Source: Candidatus Latescibacterota bacterium
Lineage (GTDB): Bacteria > Latescibacterota > UBA2968
Assembly: GCA_965205975.1 (NCBI GenBank)
Contig: OZ242195.1
Coordinates: 4,448,001-4,512,000 of the forward strand
Direction of reading: 5' to 3'
DNA: 64,000 nt
Positions 46,901 to 55,183 of this stretch are shown here, piece after piece; position 1 is the first letter of the stretch, and each line of letters opens with the position of its first letter. The position numbers and the translations under genes were made by a program. The notes beneath the pieces were generated by a model that was given only the letters and a program-made list of their open reading frames with translations, had not been told where the DNA came from and searched no databases.

Positions 46901-49900
46901 ACGCCTGCCCGGTTTTGCAGTGCAAGTTCGTCGTCGCCTGCGGTGGGATCGCTATAGGTGACGGTCACAGTTTGCGCGGACGCGGGTATCGCGGGCGAAA
47001 TGTCCAGCGCGATGGCCCTATAATCCGAACCCGAGCCACGCACGCCGGCGACCGTTGCCGACGCGCTGTCGTAGGTCACCGCAAACGCCTCCAGCGCGGG
47101 AAGCGCGTAGAAATCAATCGCCCGGGTGAAGCGCAGGGAAAGCTCGTCGCCTGCGGCGTTGAGTTGCACCGGACCCACCAGCACCGGTGCGGCCGGGTCC
47201 GACACGGTCGAGCCGTTGATCGCCGCAAATCCGGAAAAACTCTCCGCGTCTTCGCCGCTGCGGAGTTGCAACGCGGCGTAGTCATCGCCATCGGTCGGGT
47301 CGCGGTAACTCACCGTGACTGTCTGATGCGCTTTGATGGGGAGAACGAACGACAGCCGTATCCATTGGTCGGAGGCCGATGCCTCGATGCTGGACACGAG
47401 ATGCAGGACGCCGTCGGCGTTCACGATAAAGGCACTTTTCGGCGGTGTCCGCCCCGTTCGGTTGTCGAATGCCCGGTCGAAGAACAACTGGAGCTGGTCG
47501 CCTGCCGACGGTATCGTCGCCGACTGCGGAGCCGGCGGCTGGAGGCCGATGACCCTATCCGTGACCGCCGCCGACAGCGGCCGGTCGTCTCCGGTGCATA
47601 CCGCGCCTGTGGCGTCGCAGTCCGTCGTCTCGGACAACGCGACTGTCACGTCGTCTTTTCCGTCCGGCGTGACAGTGATGCTCCACGTTCGGTTTTCTCC
47701 CGCGACGACGCGGCTCGCCCCGGTCACCTGACCCCCCGTGACCGACAGCACGCCCTGCTGCCCGTCGCTGCCCGTAACGTCATCGAGGCCGAGCGAAACT
47801 TCCTCGCTGAAGCGCAGTGTGAATGTGAACGCATCCCCGACATGGTGTGCCGGCATCCGCACAAATTCTGCCGTCAGCGCCGTCACCTGCGGCGTTACCG
47901 GCACGGGGTCGTCGTTGAGGATGGTGGCGATGCCCCAGGCGTCGGCAATGTACGCGTTGCCGCCCCGGGGATTCTCCAACTTCAGCCTGAAGGTCTCGCC
48001 GCTGTCTTCGAAAAAGTCATCAAGCACCGGTACCGAGACGGTCCTGGTCGTCTGACCGGCGTTGAAGGTCAGCGTGCCCGAGGTGTGCGTGTAGTCCTCC
48101 CCCGGGGTCGCGCTGCTGACCGGGACGGTCTCATAATCCACCCTCACCTGCGCCGTCGCCGCCGGGCGCAGCGTCACCTCGAAGTTTGCCCTGGCTCCCC
48201 GGGCCTCCCGCACCGTCGTGTCCGACACGTAGAGCGCGGGCGCATTGGGATTGGGCACATGTATGGCCTCCAGGTTGAAAAAACCGGGCGCCTGGTTGCC
48301 ATCCTGATCCAACACGCCGGGCGGCCGCGGACTGACCACCTGTGCGCGGTCGTAGGTCACATACAGACTGGCCCCATTGCGCACGTCCTGATCGGAAACG
48401 CCGCTCCCCAGTCTCAGTTTCACCACCCGGGGCCTGCCCAGGTAATCGTCGATGATGCTGATTTCGTCAACCGCGAAGCCCGAGGATTGCGAGCCTGTAA
48501 AATGCACGTCATACAGGTACTGTGCATCGCTCAGTCTCGAGTTCCGGTCGAGGTCGCGGTTGTAGTGGACGTAGATCTCGGTCCGTCCCGAAACCTTGCG
48601 CCAGGTGAGGGTCTCGCCCCACTGCGCCAGCGGATAACCCGGGCGCGCAGAATACGACCACGCCCCGTTACCGATCGGATTCTCCCAGCGCACCCGCACA
48701 TCGTAGGCCAGCCCCTGAGTCACCGGCGCGGAGGTCACCGAGTGTCGCTCATCCGGCCCCTTGCGCCGCCAGTTCCAGAAATCTCTCGCCTGCGACCACC
48801 GGTGGTCGGACAGCTTGTATTGCAGGCGGTACAATTTCGCCTCGTTGGTGCCGGCAAAGGACACCTGCAGCCGATCCGCGCCGCGCTCCTGCACGGTTTG
48901 CACCATCAAATCGGCCGGTGCCGACGGCACACGGCGGATGCCGCGCACCCGGTGGACCGTCCGCTCCCGAAGACCGCTACCGCTTACTTGAGAGCACAAT
49001 GACCCTAATGTATTGCAGGGCAACGGCTCCAGCGTCAGGGTCAAGTCTTCGCGACTCGACGGCTCGATCTGCAACACCCACAATGTATTGTCGGAGAACG
49101 TCTCGATCGAGGACACCCGTCCACCGATCACCCCGATGGCGCGGTCCGGACCGATCAGGTCCGTCAACATCGGTCCGGAGAGATAGAGGGTCCTGTTTCC
49201 TGGGCCGGTGAAATCGTCTACCCGCTCGTGTACGCGGATGTTATCCGTGAACCGTATGCGAATTTCGAACGGCTCGCCGAAGTGGACGCCTGCCGGCATG
49301 CCCCCCGGCACGCTGGCGTCGGGGTAGAAAACCGTCGCGCCGACCGTGCCCGTGTTCGTCGCATCCGCCACCTGGCTCCGCACGCGGCCCGTGCCCGGCT
49401 CCGACCAGTCGGTCGTCACACCGGTGGTCACCATCCGGACCCGCACCTGGTATTCCGCACCCGATCTCAGCGACTCGATCAGCCTGAACGGATCGAGTCC
49501 GGTATCCGGATGGCGTGTCCACGAGCCGCTGGTGCCCCGTCGATACTCCACCTCGAAGGCGGTAATCTCATCTCCGCCGGTACTTCGAACACGCCAGCGC
49601 GCCACCAGCCCGCCCGTCCAATACCGCGGCGCTATGACCGACGGCTTCGCCAGGGGGTCCCGCGGCTCGTCCACGTTGACCACCTCGATGGTCACGGCGA
49701 TCCGGGTTGCTCCGCCGCTGCGCCCGTCGTCGGCCTTGACCCTGACCGAATGCGTCGTCTGCATCTCGTAATCGAGCGCCGCCCGCGTCTTGATCTGACC
49801 GGTGGAGGGGTCAATGGTGAAGTTGTCTTTGTCCTGTCCTTCCAGCGAATAGGTCACCTCGTCGCCGTCCGCGTCCTCCGCCACGAAGGGCTCGCCGACG

Positions 49901-51768
49901 TCCTCGTCAGCGGGTGTGTTCTCGAACACGCTGCGCGTCAGAATCGGTTCCCCGAAGTCCGGCGCATTGTTGATAGTCAGCTTTACCGAGGTGATGTCTC
50001 CCCATGCCCAGTCCAGGCCCGCCGGCCGCGGCCACGCATAGCACTTCGATTGCGGGGATTGTGTGCCGAGCCTGCGGCCATCATCGAGGTCGAATTCATG
50101 ACCGTCAACGTCCAGTTCCAGCCGGTTGCGGACGTCATCGTTTGGCGCTCTGGTTCCGAAACAGAAGGCGACCGTCTCGGCGGTGAAAAACGACGTGGGC
50201 GCGTCGCCAACGACAAGTGCGGCGGCGATGTCGTAGGTCGTGCCGCCGACCCGAAAATTGGTGGGGGCTATCGCGCCCCAATCGGTTGCGAGGTCGGCAT
50301 ATCCGAAGGTGCCGGCGCCCTCACCCACCGTCACGTTGGCGGTGAGCACGGCATCCGGGTCGGCCGGCGGCGATGCGGCCTCGCGCACGACCGTTACGTC
50401 GTAGGTCAGCGTTGTAAACATGTCTTCCGCCGTCACGAGTGCCGAACCGGCGTTGCGGCCCGGGCTAAGAGAAAGATCCCTGCCCTCCGGGTAACTGACC
50501 GTGGCGTCGTCGTGGTTGGGTGTCGCGGTCAGTCTCACCCCGGAGACGCTGTTCCGCACCCAGGCGCGGTAGGAGGTGATGTCGTTTGCAAACGACGGGT
50601 CCAGCGCAACCGCATTGCCCCCGGCGGTCAGTTGGAAGCTCTTCAGGGTCGCGTCGTCGGAGGGCGGGAGCCGGGTGCCGTCCACCAGATGATCGGACTG
50701 CCTGCCCAGTTCGTCGTGGGTGAGCACAGCATCGACGCTGACGAGGTTGTCGGTGATGCGCTCGCCGCTGCCGAGCATGATGGTCCGGGATTGGTTGCCA
50801 ACCCAGATTCCGTCGTCGTCCGCGTCGCCCTCCACCACCGTGTATGCGAACACGAGCGAATCCGTGTCCGCGCCTTCTACGAGCGCCGCCTGCTTGGTGT
50901 CCGTGTTGCCGCTTGACCCCAGCTCGAACTCGAAATGCGGTTCGCCCGTCAACTTTACCGGGGCACTGAAGGTCACCGAGAACTTGATCTGTTCGCCACG
51001 CCAGTAGGTGTTCACGTGCGTGCGGGGCATTGAGCTTACCGCCACAGAAGTAATCACCGGAGCGGGGACCTCGCCGTTTATGCGCACATATAACGGACGG
51101 GCAACACTACCTCCCAACGGGGCGATAGAAAAGGACCCCGATGAGTTGAAAGCCCTCGAGTGAGCATTGTTGTTCAAGGACCAGCCGGAAGCCGCTCCCG
51201 GATCATCATTACCGCTCCGCATCGAACGCATCAAGATTCTTCCCGTTGATCCAGGCAGCTCCAGCCGAACGTAGTAGGTGGTGTTCGGTTCGAGCGCGGT
51301 GTTTGACGGCGCCCTGAATGTCTCTGTGGATTCGTTTTGGAAACCAGTAGGGCCGAAGGTACCACCCGAGTGGGTTAGCGTCGCCACCAGAGTACCCGTG
51401 GGGCTGCCCTCGTGTACCGTGACGACCGGAACCGTTCCGTCGCTGCCTCGGACCGCACGAAAATCGACGCTCGTTAGCGTGAACGTTCCAGAGGCTGGAC
51501 CAGTCGTGAAGCCCTGAGCGATGTCATATTGGTCCAGCTCCTGGACGCTGCCGGCGGTTGTGTGTTGTGAAACGTTGCTGACCAGCACCTCCGCGTGCGC
51601 GAGGCCGGCGGTGCCGAACAGGCCGGCAGCCATCGCGACAGCCAGCACCCGCAATCCTGCCCACCGCGGGCGCATCAGGCCCCTGATTCGGCGTGAGATT
51701 TCTCCAAAAACCGCGTTGATCCATATCCTTCTCGTATGACCCGTGTTGCCTACCGATGAAGCTCCCAT
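40945..51768 (-). CDS. Giant multi-repeat surface adhesin with an autotransporter-like C-terminal beta-barrel
   Basis: 3607 aa; signal peptide (..LAHA/E); cadherin-like, cadherin, FN3, three Calx-beta, SwmB-like and 'PLTA..HDG' repeats; beta-strand-rich C-terminus ending in W. Confidence 0.85.
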   Translation of the reverse strand: MGASSVGNTGHTRRIWINAVFGEISRRIRGLMRPRWAGLRVLAVAMAAGLFGTAGLAHAEVLVSNVSQHTTAGSVQELDQYDIAQGFTTGPASGTFTLTSVDFRAVRGSDGTVPVVTVHEGSPTGTLVATLTHSGGTFGPTGFQNESTETFRAPSNTALEPNTTYYVRLELPGSTGRILMRSMRSGNDDPGAASGWSLNNNAHSRAFNSSGSFSIAPLGGSVARPLYVRINGEVPAPVITSVAVSSMPRTHVNTYWRGEQIKFSVTFSAPVKLTGEPHFEFELGSSGNTDTKQAALVEGADTDSLVFAYTVVEGDADDDGIWVGNQSRTIMLGSGERITDNLVSVDAVLTHDELGRQSDHLVDGTRLPPSDDATLKSFQLTAGGNAVALDPSFANDITSYRAWVRNSVSGVRLTATPNHDDATVSYPEGRDLSLSPGRNAGSALVTAEDMFTTLTYDVTVVREAASPPADPDAVLTANVTVGEGAGTFGYADLATDWGAIAPTNFRVGGTTYDIAAALVVGDAPTSFFTAETVAFCFGTRAPNDDVRNRLELDVDGHEFDLDDGRRLGTQSPQSKCYAWPRPAGLDWAWGDITSVKLTINNAPDFGEPILTRSVFENTPADEDVGEPFVAEDADGDEVTYSLEGQDKDNFTIDPSTGQIKTRAALDYEMQTTHSVRVKADDGRSGGATRIAVTIEVVNVDEPRDPLAKPSVIAPRYWTGGLVARWRVRSTGGDEITAFEVEYRRGTSGSWTRHPDTGLDPFRLIESLRSGAEYQVRVRMVTTGVTTDWSEPGTGRVRSQVADATNTGTVGATVFYPDASVPGGMPAGVHFGEPFEIRIRFTDNIRVHERVDDFTGPGNRTLYLSGPMLTDLIGPDRAIGVIGGRVSSIETFSDNTLWVLQIEPSSREDLTLTLEPLPCNTLGSLCSQVSGSGLRERTVHRVRGIRRVPSAPADLMVQTVQERGADRLQVSFAGTNEAKLYRLQYKLSDHRWSQARDFWNWRRKGPDERHSVTSAPVTQGLAYDVRVRWENPIGNGAWSYSARPGYPLAQWGETLTWRKVSGRTEIYVHYNRDLDRNSRLSDAQYLYDVHFTGSQSSGFAVDEISIIDDYLGRPRVVKLRLGSGVSDQDVRNGASLYVTYDRAQVVSPRPPGVLDQDGNQAPGFFNLEAIHVPNPNAPALYVSDTTVREARGARANFEVTLRPAATAQVRVDYETVPVSSATPGEDYTHTSGTLTFNAGQTTRTVSVPVLDDFFEDSGETFRLKLENPRGGNAYIADAWGIATILNDDPVPVTPQVTALTAEFVRMPAHHVGDAFTFTLRFSEEVSLGLDDVTGSDGQQGVLSVTGGQVTGASRVVAGENRTWSITVTPDGKDDVTVALSETTDCDATGAVCTGDDRPLSAAVTDRVIGLQPPAPQSATIPSAGDQLQLFFDRAFDNRTGRTPPKSAFIVNADGVLHLVSSIEASASDQWIRLSFVLPIKAHQTVTVSYRDPTDGDDYAALQLRSGEDAESFSGFAAINGSTVSDPAAPVLVGPVQLNAAGDELSLRFTRAIDFYALPALEAFAVTYDSASATVAGVRGSGSDYRAIALDISPAIPASAQTVTVTYSDPTAGDDELALQNRAGVDAESFSQPVSRVGTQLETSQSAPLTAQFWKLPAIHGGNPFKFELVFSDENVSVSHQKIMGSNGQSDVLSVTNGEVTAARRLVSNKNHNWEITITPDVDEDVTITLPTSADCDAEDAVCTEDARPLSAAVVATVLSSPPPPPPLTATIEGAPEAHAGVPFVLQVRFSEATAVSWTAMRDHVLSVTNGQLTRARRLNGEGPENAAWEVTLEPTGGDVTVELPATTDCDAEDAVCTEDSRPLSEAVTATIAEGTVPPLTAEFDAPAAHDGSEDFTVWLDFNGAADLNKWTMTNRAVAVTGGRVRSAEHEIGLRHSWRLTVAPSLIEDVVLSVAPPESCGDSGALCATDGRKLSSGAEVRVKGPASIPLTVQWQRYGDGHDGSKLFALNAEFSYPVTTSREAMRDAVRSTNGEVTNAFPKENQPKTWVFWIKPLYNETIRVELLPTTDCDAEGAICTEDGRPLSNRAFWDIMPSDPNAVDETAPAFLRAEVDGAQLVLLYRDGLDEDATPAADAFTVTVGGQTRDLAVSDPVAVDGRRVRLRLASAVASGDSVRVSYAVPSENPIQDRAGNAVVALSDQAVTNHTPEGDTTAPAFEAAVARRDSVVLTYSEALDETSTPGVDAFTVTVGGQTRDLASSDPVVVSGLTVMLRLASAAAPGDSVRVSYAVPSENPIQDRAGNAVVALSDQAVTNHTPEGDTTAPAFEAAVARRDSVVLTYSEALDETSTPGVDAFTVTVGGQTRDLASSDPVVVSGLTVMLRFASAAAPGDSVRVSYAVPSENPIQDRAGNRAAPATITAKIPAPKFTVKFEEGSLPKVHDGVGPIEFRIVFSEEPASSYNYMTLRLETLIMRLGPRAYNAKRGYKLDPPSGKRWGVVVERRKSDAEYATEDFTITINPTENCNDEGAVCTEDGRKLSNRLFARIKGPPVLSVADTEVTEAADATAAFEVTLSRSVADTVTVDYATSDSTATAGEDYEETSGTLTFVPGETSKTVSVPVLDDTVDERSETFTLTLSNASGGDAYLSDATATGTINNHDSTDPPSGNTVVLEPEEPRGARDIGTITLTADTPGTIQASWEAPTEAPANYRITWAKQDEGYKTWTDNTGNAYPTEPSYTITGLEDGEEYKVKIRASYSGTSGGWSGEATITVAGSPPTNDPPDNDPVEPLTAEFQGLPASHGESAFTFELHFSEEFNLSYRTLRDHALQVTNGELTGVGRQETGKNQAWNVTVTPDNDQDVTITLLAADCGETGAICTEDNRPLSATVSETVSATVAQTVQNQPPDTEPEPLTASFGNVPSSHDGSSAFKFELHFSEDVVGLSYRTLRDNAFTVTGGAVTKAGRLVSGNNQGWEITVAPDTYDAVTISLPAGAVETSDGRQLQGAVSATVQGPPGLSVADASVQEAANATVDFAVTLSRALSETVTVDYATSDGTATVGVDYTSTSGTLTFDAGQTEKTISVPVLDDAIDEGSETFTLTLSNASGGNAYLSDADATGTIENIDPMPKGLLARFGRTAALQVVEYVEERLQARRESGFEGRLAGHQLGRAEDMVRDVANRFVYGLGGYGSHNPSLGRRDVGMASSGSSFGLAGMLRSLFTRGDVLTGSSFTLNREMDRGGVFSFWSRGARSSFFGREDDLGLDGTVRTAMLGTDYAKGPFLVGLSLSRSWGLGSYTGGVGGGRVASSVTGLYPWLGYRLTDRMTVWAVGGYGVGGMLLSQEGASQLSAGLSMSLAAVGTRGELIGRSADGFRLSYKADALWVGTSSEAVSGSSGNLAATRSVVSRVRTALEGSHALTFRSRLSLSPSVMVGLRHDGGDAETGSGLDIAGGLVVSDPLTGLEVDMRVRTLLVHEAEGYRERGMAVSFSYNPSPSTPLGLTMRMSPSWGGQATSGAEALWGRPTMSGIAGGGYATGNRLDADLGYGLALGRRFVGTPRLGFATSAQGRDYRVGYGIGTLVSEGLRFELNLDAHRRASPLSIGADNGVTGRATIGW
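44546..45264. repeat. Near-perfect 327-bp in-frame tandem repeat (SwmB-like module)
   Basis: TTGCCCGCCCTGTCCTGTATCGGG recurs at 44546, 44873 and 45200. Confidence 0.95.
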
Positions 51769-51880
51769 ACAGCGATTCCTCCCTTTTGGTTTAAAATTAC
51801 CTCACGTTGTGCAAGGTACCCCTGTCGCTGCCACACGCTTCAGAGATGCCCTTTTGAGGCTCTGACAAAATTTTATATAC

Positions 51881-51897
51881 ATGCAAAAAGCGTGCCA
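51881..51897 (-). promoter_or_regulatory. Sigma-54 (-24/-12) promoter of the adhesin gene
   Basis: The minus strand reads TGGCACGCTTTTTGCAT, the canonical GG-N10-GC consensus; AT-rich upstream DNA. Confidence 0.8.
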
Positions 51898-52206
51898 CTG
51901 TGAATAGAACCCAAAATTATACTCACAACATATTGTTTTAAAAGAATATAGAACTGTAAATAAAAACAAAAAAACCAGACTGAATTTTATACCAAAGGAC
52001 AATGTATCGCCCCTGATATAACCAGTCTGGCTCATATTCTACTTATTATTACAATGATTTATGGCTGTTGGGCGACCATTCGCCCTTAATTGCCCTGATA
52101 GCCGTTTGAGTACCGGCTCTTTATGATGTACTGGGTGTCGCACTATCGTTTCAAACAGAGATGAAGGTCTAACACTTCACTTCCGAGGATAAAATCTTTT
52201 TTGGAT

Positions 52207-52330
52207 AAAAAATGAGGGGACGGCAGGGAGGGATACCATTTACCACGCCGCCCCCGAAGACCGGGCTGGAGTGAAGGGATATCTCGGCCCGGTCGTTGTG
52301 TTCATGGGGTCCTGTATTAAGCTGATCGAA
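52207..52330 (-). ncRNA. Candidate two-hairpin sRNA with CU-rich loops
   Basis: ECF-like TGACAC-N17-CGTCTA upstream; GACCGGGC/GCCCGGUC and GGGGGCGGC/GCCGUCCCC stems, AUCCCU(U/C)C in both loops and a U-tract at the end. Confidence 0.5.
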
Positions 52331-52586
52331 CACTTAGACGGGCTGCAAACGCTTTTGGTGTCAGTCAAATTTGGAGAAAAAAAATGGATCCCGGTACAAA
52401 AAAATGGAGCGGTTCAAAAAAGCCGAGTATTTGTGGGGAATTTCTACTAAATTATGATGTCAGCAATTCTCGTGTTATATTTTGCATGAATGATCCCTTT
52501 TCTTATTCACACTTCCTACTTCCTAGTGAACTGGTCTGAACAGCGACCAGTTATACACCGTTCCACACTTCTCCTGGAGATTTCCT

Positions 52587-52928
52587 ATGATTTACGACAT
52601 GCGAACCTATGACCTGAATCCCGGTGCTTTGCAAACCTATATGGATGCGGTGCGCGAGGTGGCGCTTCCCCTGCGCGAGGATTACGGGATTAAACTTGCC
52701 GGGTGGTATTATACCGATATTGGGAAGTTAAATCGCGTTGTTCACATTTGGGCGTATCGCGATTATACCCATTTTGATCAGGCGCGACAGGCGGTGCGTA
52801 GCGATTCCCGATGGGTTAATGACTATTTGCCCCGCGTCAAGGGGCTTGTGGTGCGCCAGCAAGATCAAATTATGCTCGCGTCCGATTTTTTCGAGTCCCG
52901 GGTTCCGGCTCTTTCGGAAGATGCATGA
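52587..52928 (+). CDS. NIPSNAP family protein
   Basis: MIYDMRTYDLNPG and GWYYTDIGKLNRVVHIWAY. Confidence 0.9.
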   Translation: MIYDMRTYDLNPGALQTYMDAVREVALPLREDYGIKLAGWYYTDIGKLNRVVHIWAYRDYTHFDQARQAVRSDSRWVNDYLPRVKGLVVRQQDQIMLASDFFESRVPALSEDA

Positions 52929-52951
52929 GCGGGTTGTTGCGATTGGGTATT

Positions 52952-53000
52952 AAAAAAGAACGGGTAGAGGACAGTTGTGTTCTCTACCCGTTTCCTTTTT
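52952..53000. terminator. Bidirectional terminator
   Basis: A-tract-ACGGGTAGAG..CTCTACCCGT-T-tract between convergent genes. Confidence 0.75.
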
Positions 53001-53029
53001 GACTGAGAAGTTAATTAGATCAGGCAATG

Positions 53030-53983
53030 TCAGTCGTCATCCTTGCTCGGGATGTTCAGGCGGAATAGCACGGGGTGGTGATCTGAATAGTGCTGTGCAA
53101 ATAGATTCCCATTGTACGGGTCGCCGGGATAGGTTTCAGAGCCTCGCCAGGTGCTGTGCATCTGATCGATGAGGTTGATGACTTGAAAATCAAACACTTC
53201 ATCTATCTCGTCTAATTTAGCCGGGCGGTACATGACGTGGTCATAGGGTTTGCTGCTTTTGACCGCTGTGTTCGTTTTTCGGCATTCGTCGTTGAGCGAG
53301 ATAAATCCCCGAGGGGTTACTGCTTTAAGCTCTGCGGCGTTTTCGATGTTCATATCTCCTACGATGTAGAAGTCTTGTTCCTGTGCGTCGTGGCGGTCGA
53401 TCCAGTCTGCGATATTCGAAAGCTCAGTCTTGCGTTTTTCTCCCTTATTTTTGCCCGGTGACAAGTGGACATTGATAATCACAAAGTCCATTTTGCTATT
53501 TATGGTGCGGAAGCTATGGGCGTGTGGCACGCGGGGATATACGGGATGGGCAGAGCGGTCTTCTGATAGGAATCCATTGGGGAGATCATTGGCGATTTTC
53601 AGTTTGTCGGATTTGTAAAAGACCACGGACCATTCGGTGCTCGATCCTCTGTTGTGGATGTTTTCGCCTCTTCCCGTGTCTTCACAAGATAGGGAGTAAT
53701 CAAAGCCCTGTGCGCTCATGGCATCGAAGAAGGCATCGGCTTCGGGGTCTTCGCTATAGGGCTTCCCATCGCAGTATCGGCCATTATCAGGCGGTGCAAC
53801 GAGTTCCTGGACGACGACCATGTCGTATTTTTTGACCAATTGGGCGAGTGCTTCGTTGTCCTTCTTTTTATAGTGGCCGACAAATTTGATGTTGAAAGAA
53901 CAGACGGTGATCTGTTCGTCAGAGACTTGTGGTCGGCAACCGAATAATAACAGTAGAATGGAAAATAAAAGATATTTTTTCAT
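53030..53983 (-). CDS. Endonuclease/exonuclease/phosphatase (DNase I-like) lipoprotein
   Basis: Lipobox LFGC, SFNIK, VVQE, NVHL, VGDMN, YDH and SDHHPV. Confidence 0.88.
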   Translation of the reverse strand: MKKYLLFSILLLLFGCRPQVSDEQITVCSFNIKFVGHYKKKDNEALAQLVKKYDMVVVQELVAPPDNGRYCDGKPYSEDPEADAFFDAMSAQGFDYSLSCEDTGRGENIHNRGSSTEWSVVFYKSDKLKIANDLPNGFLSEDRSAHPVYPRVPHAHSFRTINSKMDFVIINVHLSPGKNKGEKRKTELSNIADWIDRHDAQEQDFYIVGDMNIENAAELKAVTPRGFISLNDECRKTNTAVKSSKPYDHVMYRPAKLDEIDEVFDFQVINLIDQMHSTWRGSETYPGDPYNGNLFAQHYSDHHPVLFRLNIPSKDDD

Positions 53984-54146
53984 GGCTTTTCTTGTGTTGG
54001 GTACAATTTTTAGCGCGGTTTTTTATTAATAAGAAAAATAATAAACAAACTTTGATTTCGGGGAGAAAAAATACTTGAAGTCCGCCTGAAATTTCTCGAC
54101 CATGTGCGCGGGTAATCATCTGATCATTTTAGACAGGAGATTTATT

Positions 54147-54704
54147 ATGAGCGATGGACAGATCATTTTTCAAGATACATTCGACGGCGCGCTCGATAGC
54201 GGCTGGTCGTGGTTGCGGGAACATCCCGATGATTGGCGGATTCGGGATGGGGGGCTGGAGATTTGCGTGCGTCCCGGTGTGAAGGATACGGTGCAAAATG
54301 CTTTGCTCAGGTCTGCGCCAGATCGCGGTGACGGTGCGTATGCTGTTGAGGTTACGATTACCAATCACAGCCAGCCGACACAGCAATACGAACAGGCGGG
54401 TATTACGTGGTATCACAATGGGGAACCGGTGTTCAAAGAGGTCAAGGAACTCATTGACGGCGATCTGTACATTATTCCCGGGAAGGAGCCGATGCCAACG
54501 CAGAGTGTTCGCCTGTGTCTTGTTGTTACTGCGAGTACATGGGAAGCGCAGTTTCGCGCCGAGGGTGAGACCGCGTTCCAGGCTGCGGCTTCGGGCGAGC
54601 TTCCGCCTCCGGGCGATGATCAGGTGAGTATTCAGTGCTATAATGGTCCAGAGGAGGGTGACCACTGGATACGGTTTTCGGATTTTTGTATTAAGCGTGT
54701 ATAA
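54147..54704 (+). CDS. Concanavalin-like beta-sandwich protein (DUF1349-like)
   Basis: FQDTFDG..WSWLRE, QQYEQAGI and IRFSDF; AGGAG RBS. Confidence 0.65.
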   Translation: MSDGQIIFQDTFDGALDSGWSWLREHPDDWRIRDGGLEICVRPGVKDTVQNALLRSAPDRGDGAYAVEVTITNHSQPTQQYEQAGITWYHNGEPVFKEVKELIDGDLYIIPGKEPMPTQSVRLCLVVTASTWEAQFRAEGETAFQAAASGELPPPGDDQVSIQCYNGPEEGDHWIRFSDFCIKRV

Positions 54705-54738
54705 AAAAAGCACCATCTCAAAACGAGATGGTGCTTTT
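54703..54738. terminator. Bidirectional terminator
   Basis: AAAAGCACCATCTC-AAAAC-GAGATGGTGCTTTT. Confidence 0.85.
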
Positions 54739-54763
54739 GGGTTAATTCTGAAATTATTTCAGA

Positions 54764-54964
54764 TTATGCCTTTGTGACATTCGCTGCCTGGAGGCCCTTA
54801 GGTCCCTGGGTAATGTCAAATTCGACAACGTCCCCTTCGGATAAGGACTTAAAGCCTTCGGCTTGGATCGCTGAGAAATGGACGAAAACATCTTCGCCCC
54901 CTTCTTGCTCGATAAAGCCGAACCCTTTGGCGTCGTTAAACCATTTAACTCTTCCTTCTGCCAA
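54764..54964 (-). CDS. Cold-shock protein (CspA family)
   Basis: [12 protein letters not shown] and [12 protein letters not shown] start. Confidence 0.95.
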   Translation of the reverse strand: MAEGRVKWFNDAKGFGFIEQEGGEDVFVHFSAIQAEGFKSLSEGDVVEFDITQGPKGLQAANVTKA

Positions 54965-55128
54965 CGTACTTCACCACCTTTCTACATCGAAAATTGCACA
55001 TCAGATCGAAAAAAAGGCAAGAATCAGAAGTTTCGATTCTTGCCATACCGTCTTTTCAGGCCGATTGTACAGGAAACAAAACAACACATTCTTAATACCT
55101 GGGCACAAATACCCATTATACAGAGGCA

Positions 55129-55157
55129 AAGATACCCTTTATCATCTCAGAAGTCAA
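55129..55157 (-). promoter_or_regulatory. Putative sigma-70 promoter giving the cold-shock gene a ~160-nt 5' UTR
   Basis: TTGACT-N17-TATCTT; long leaders are typical of csp genes. Confidence 0.55.
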
Positions 55158-55183
55158 CGTTTTTTCAGAAAAAAAGTTCCATA

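Noticed and set aside
44458..50916. Long plus-strand ORFs (44458..45420, 46735..49002, 49228..50916)
   Set aside because: Antisense shadows of the GC-rich adhesin gene; Arg/His-rich with no domain motifs.
51802..52035. 77-aa minus-strand ORF upstream of the adhesin
   Set aside because: Spans the sigma-54 promoter and AT-rich regulatory DNA; no RBS or family signal.
40790..52100. Integrative element at tRNA-Gln
   Set aside because: No integrase and no convincing duplicated tRNA 3' end; GGGCGACCA near 52070 is too weak a match.
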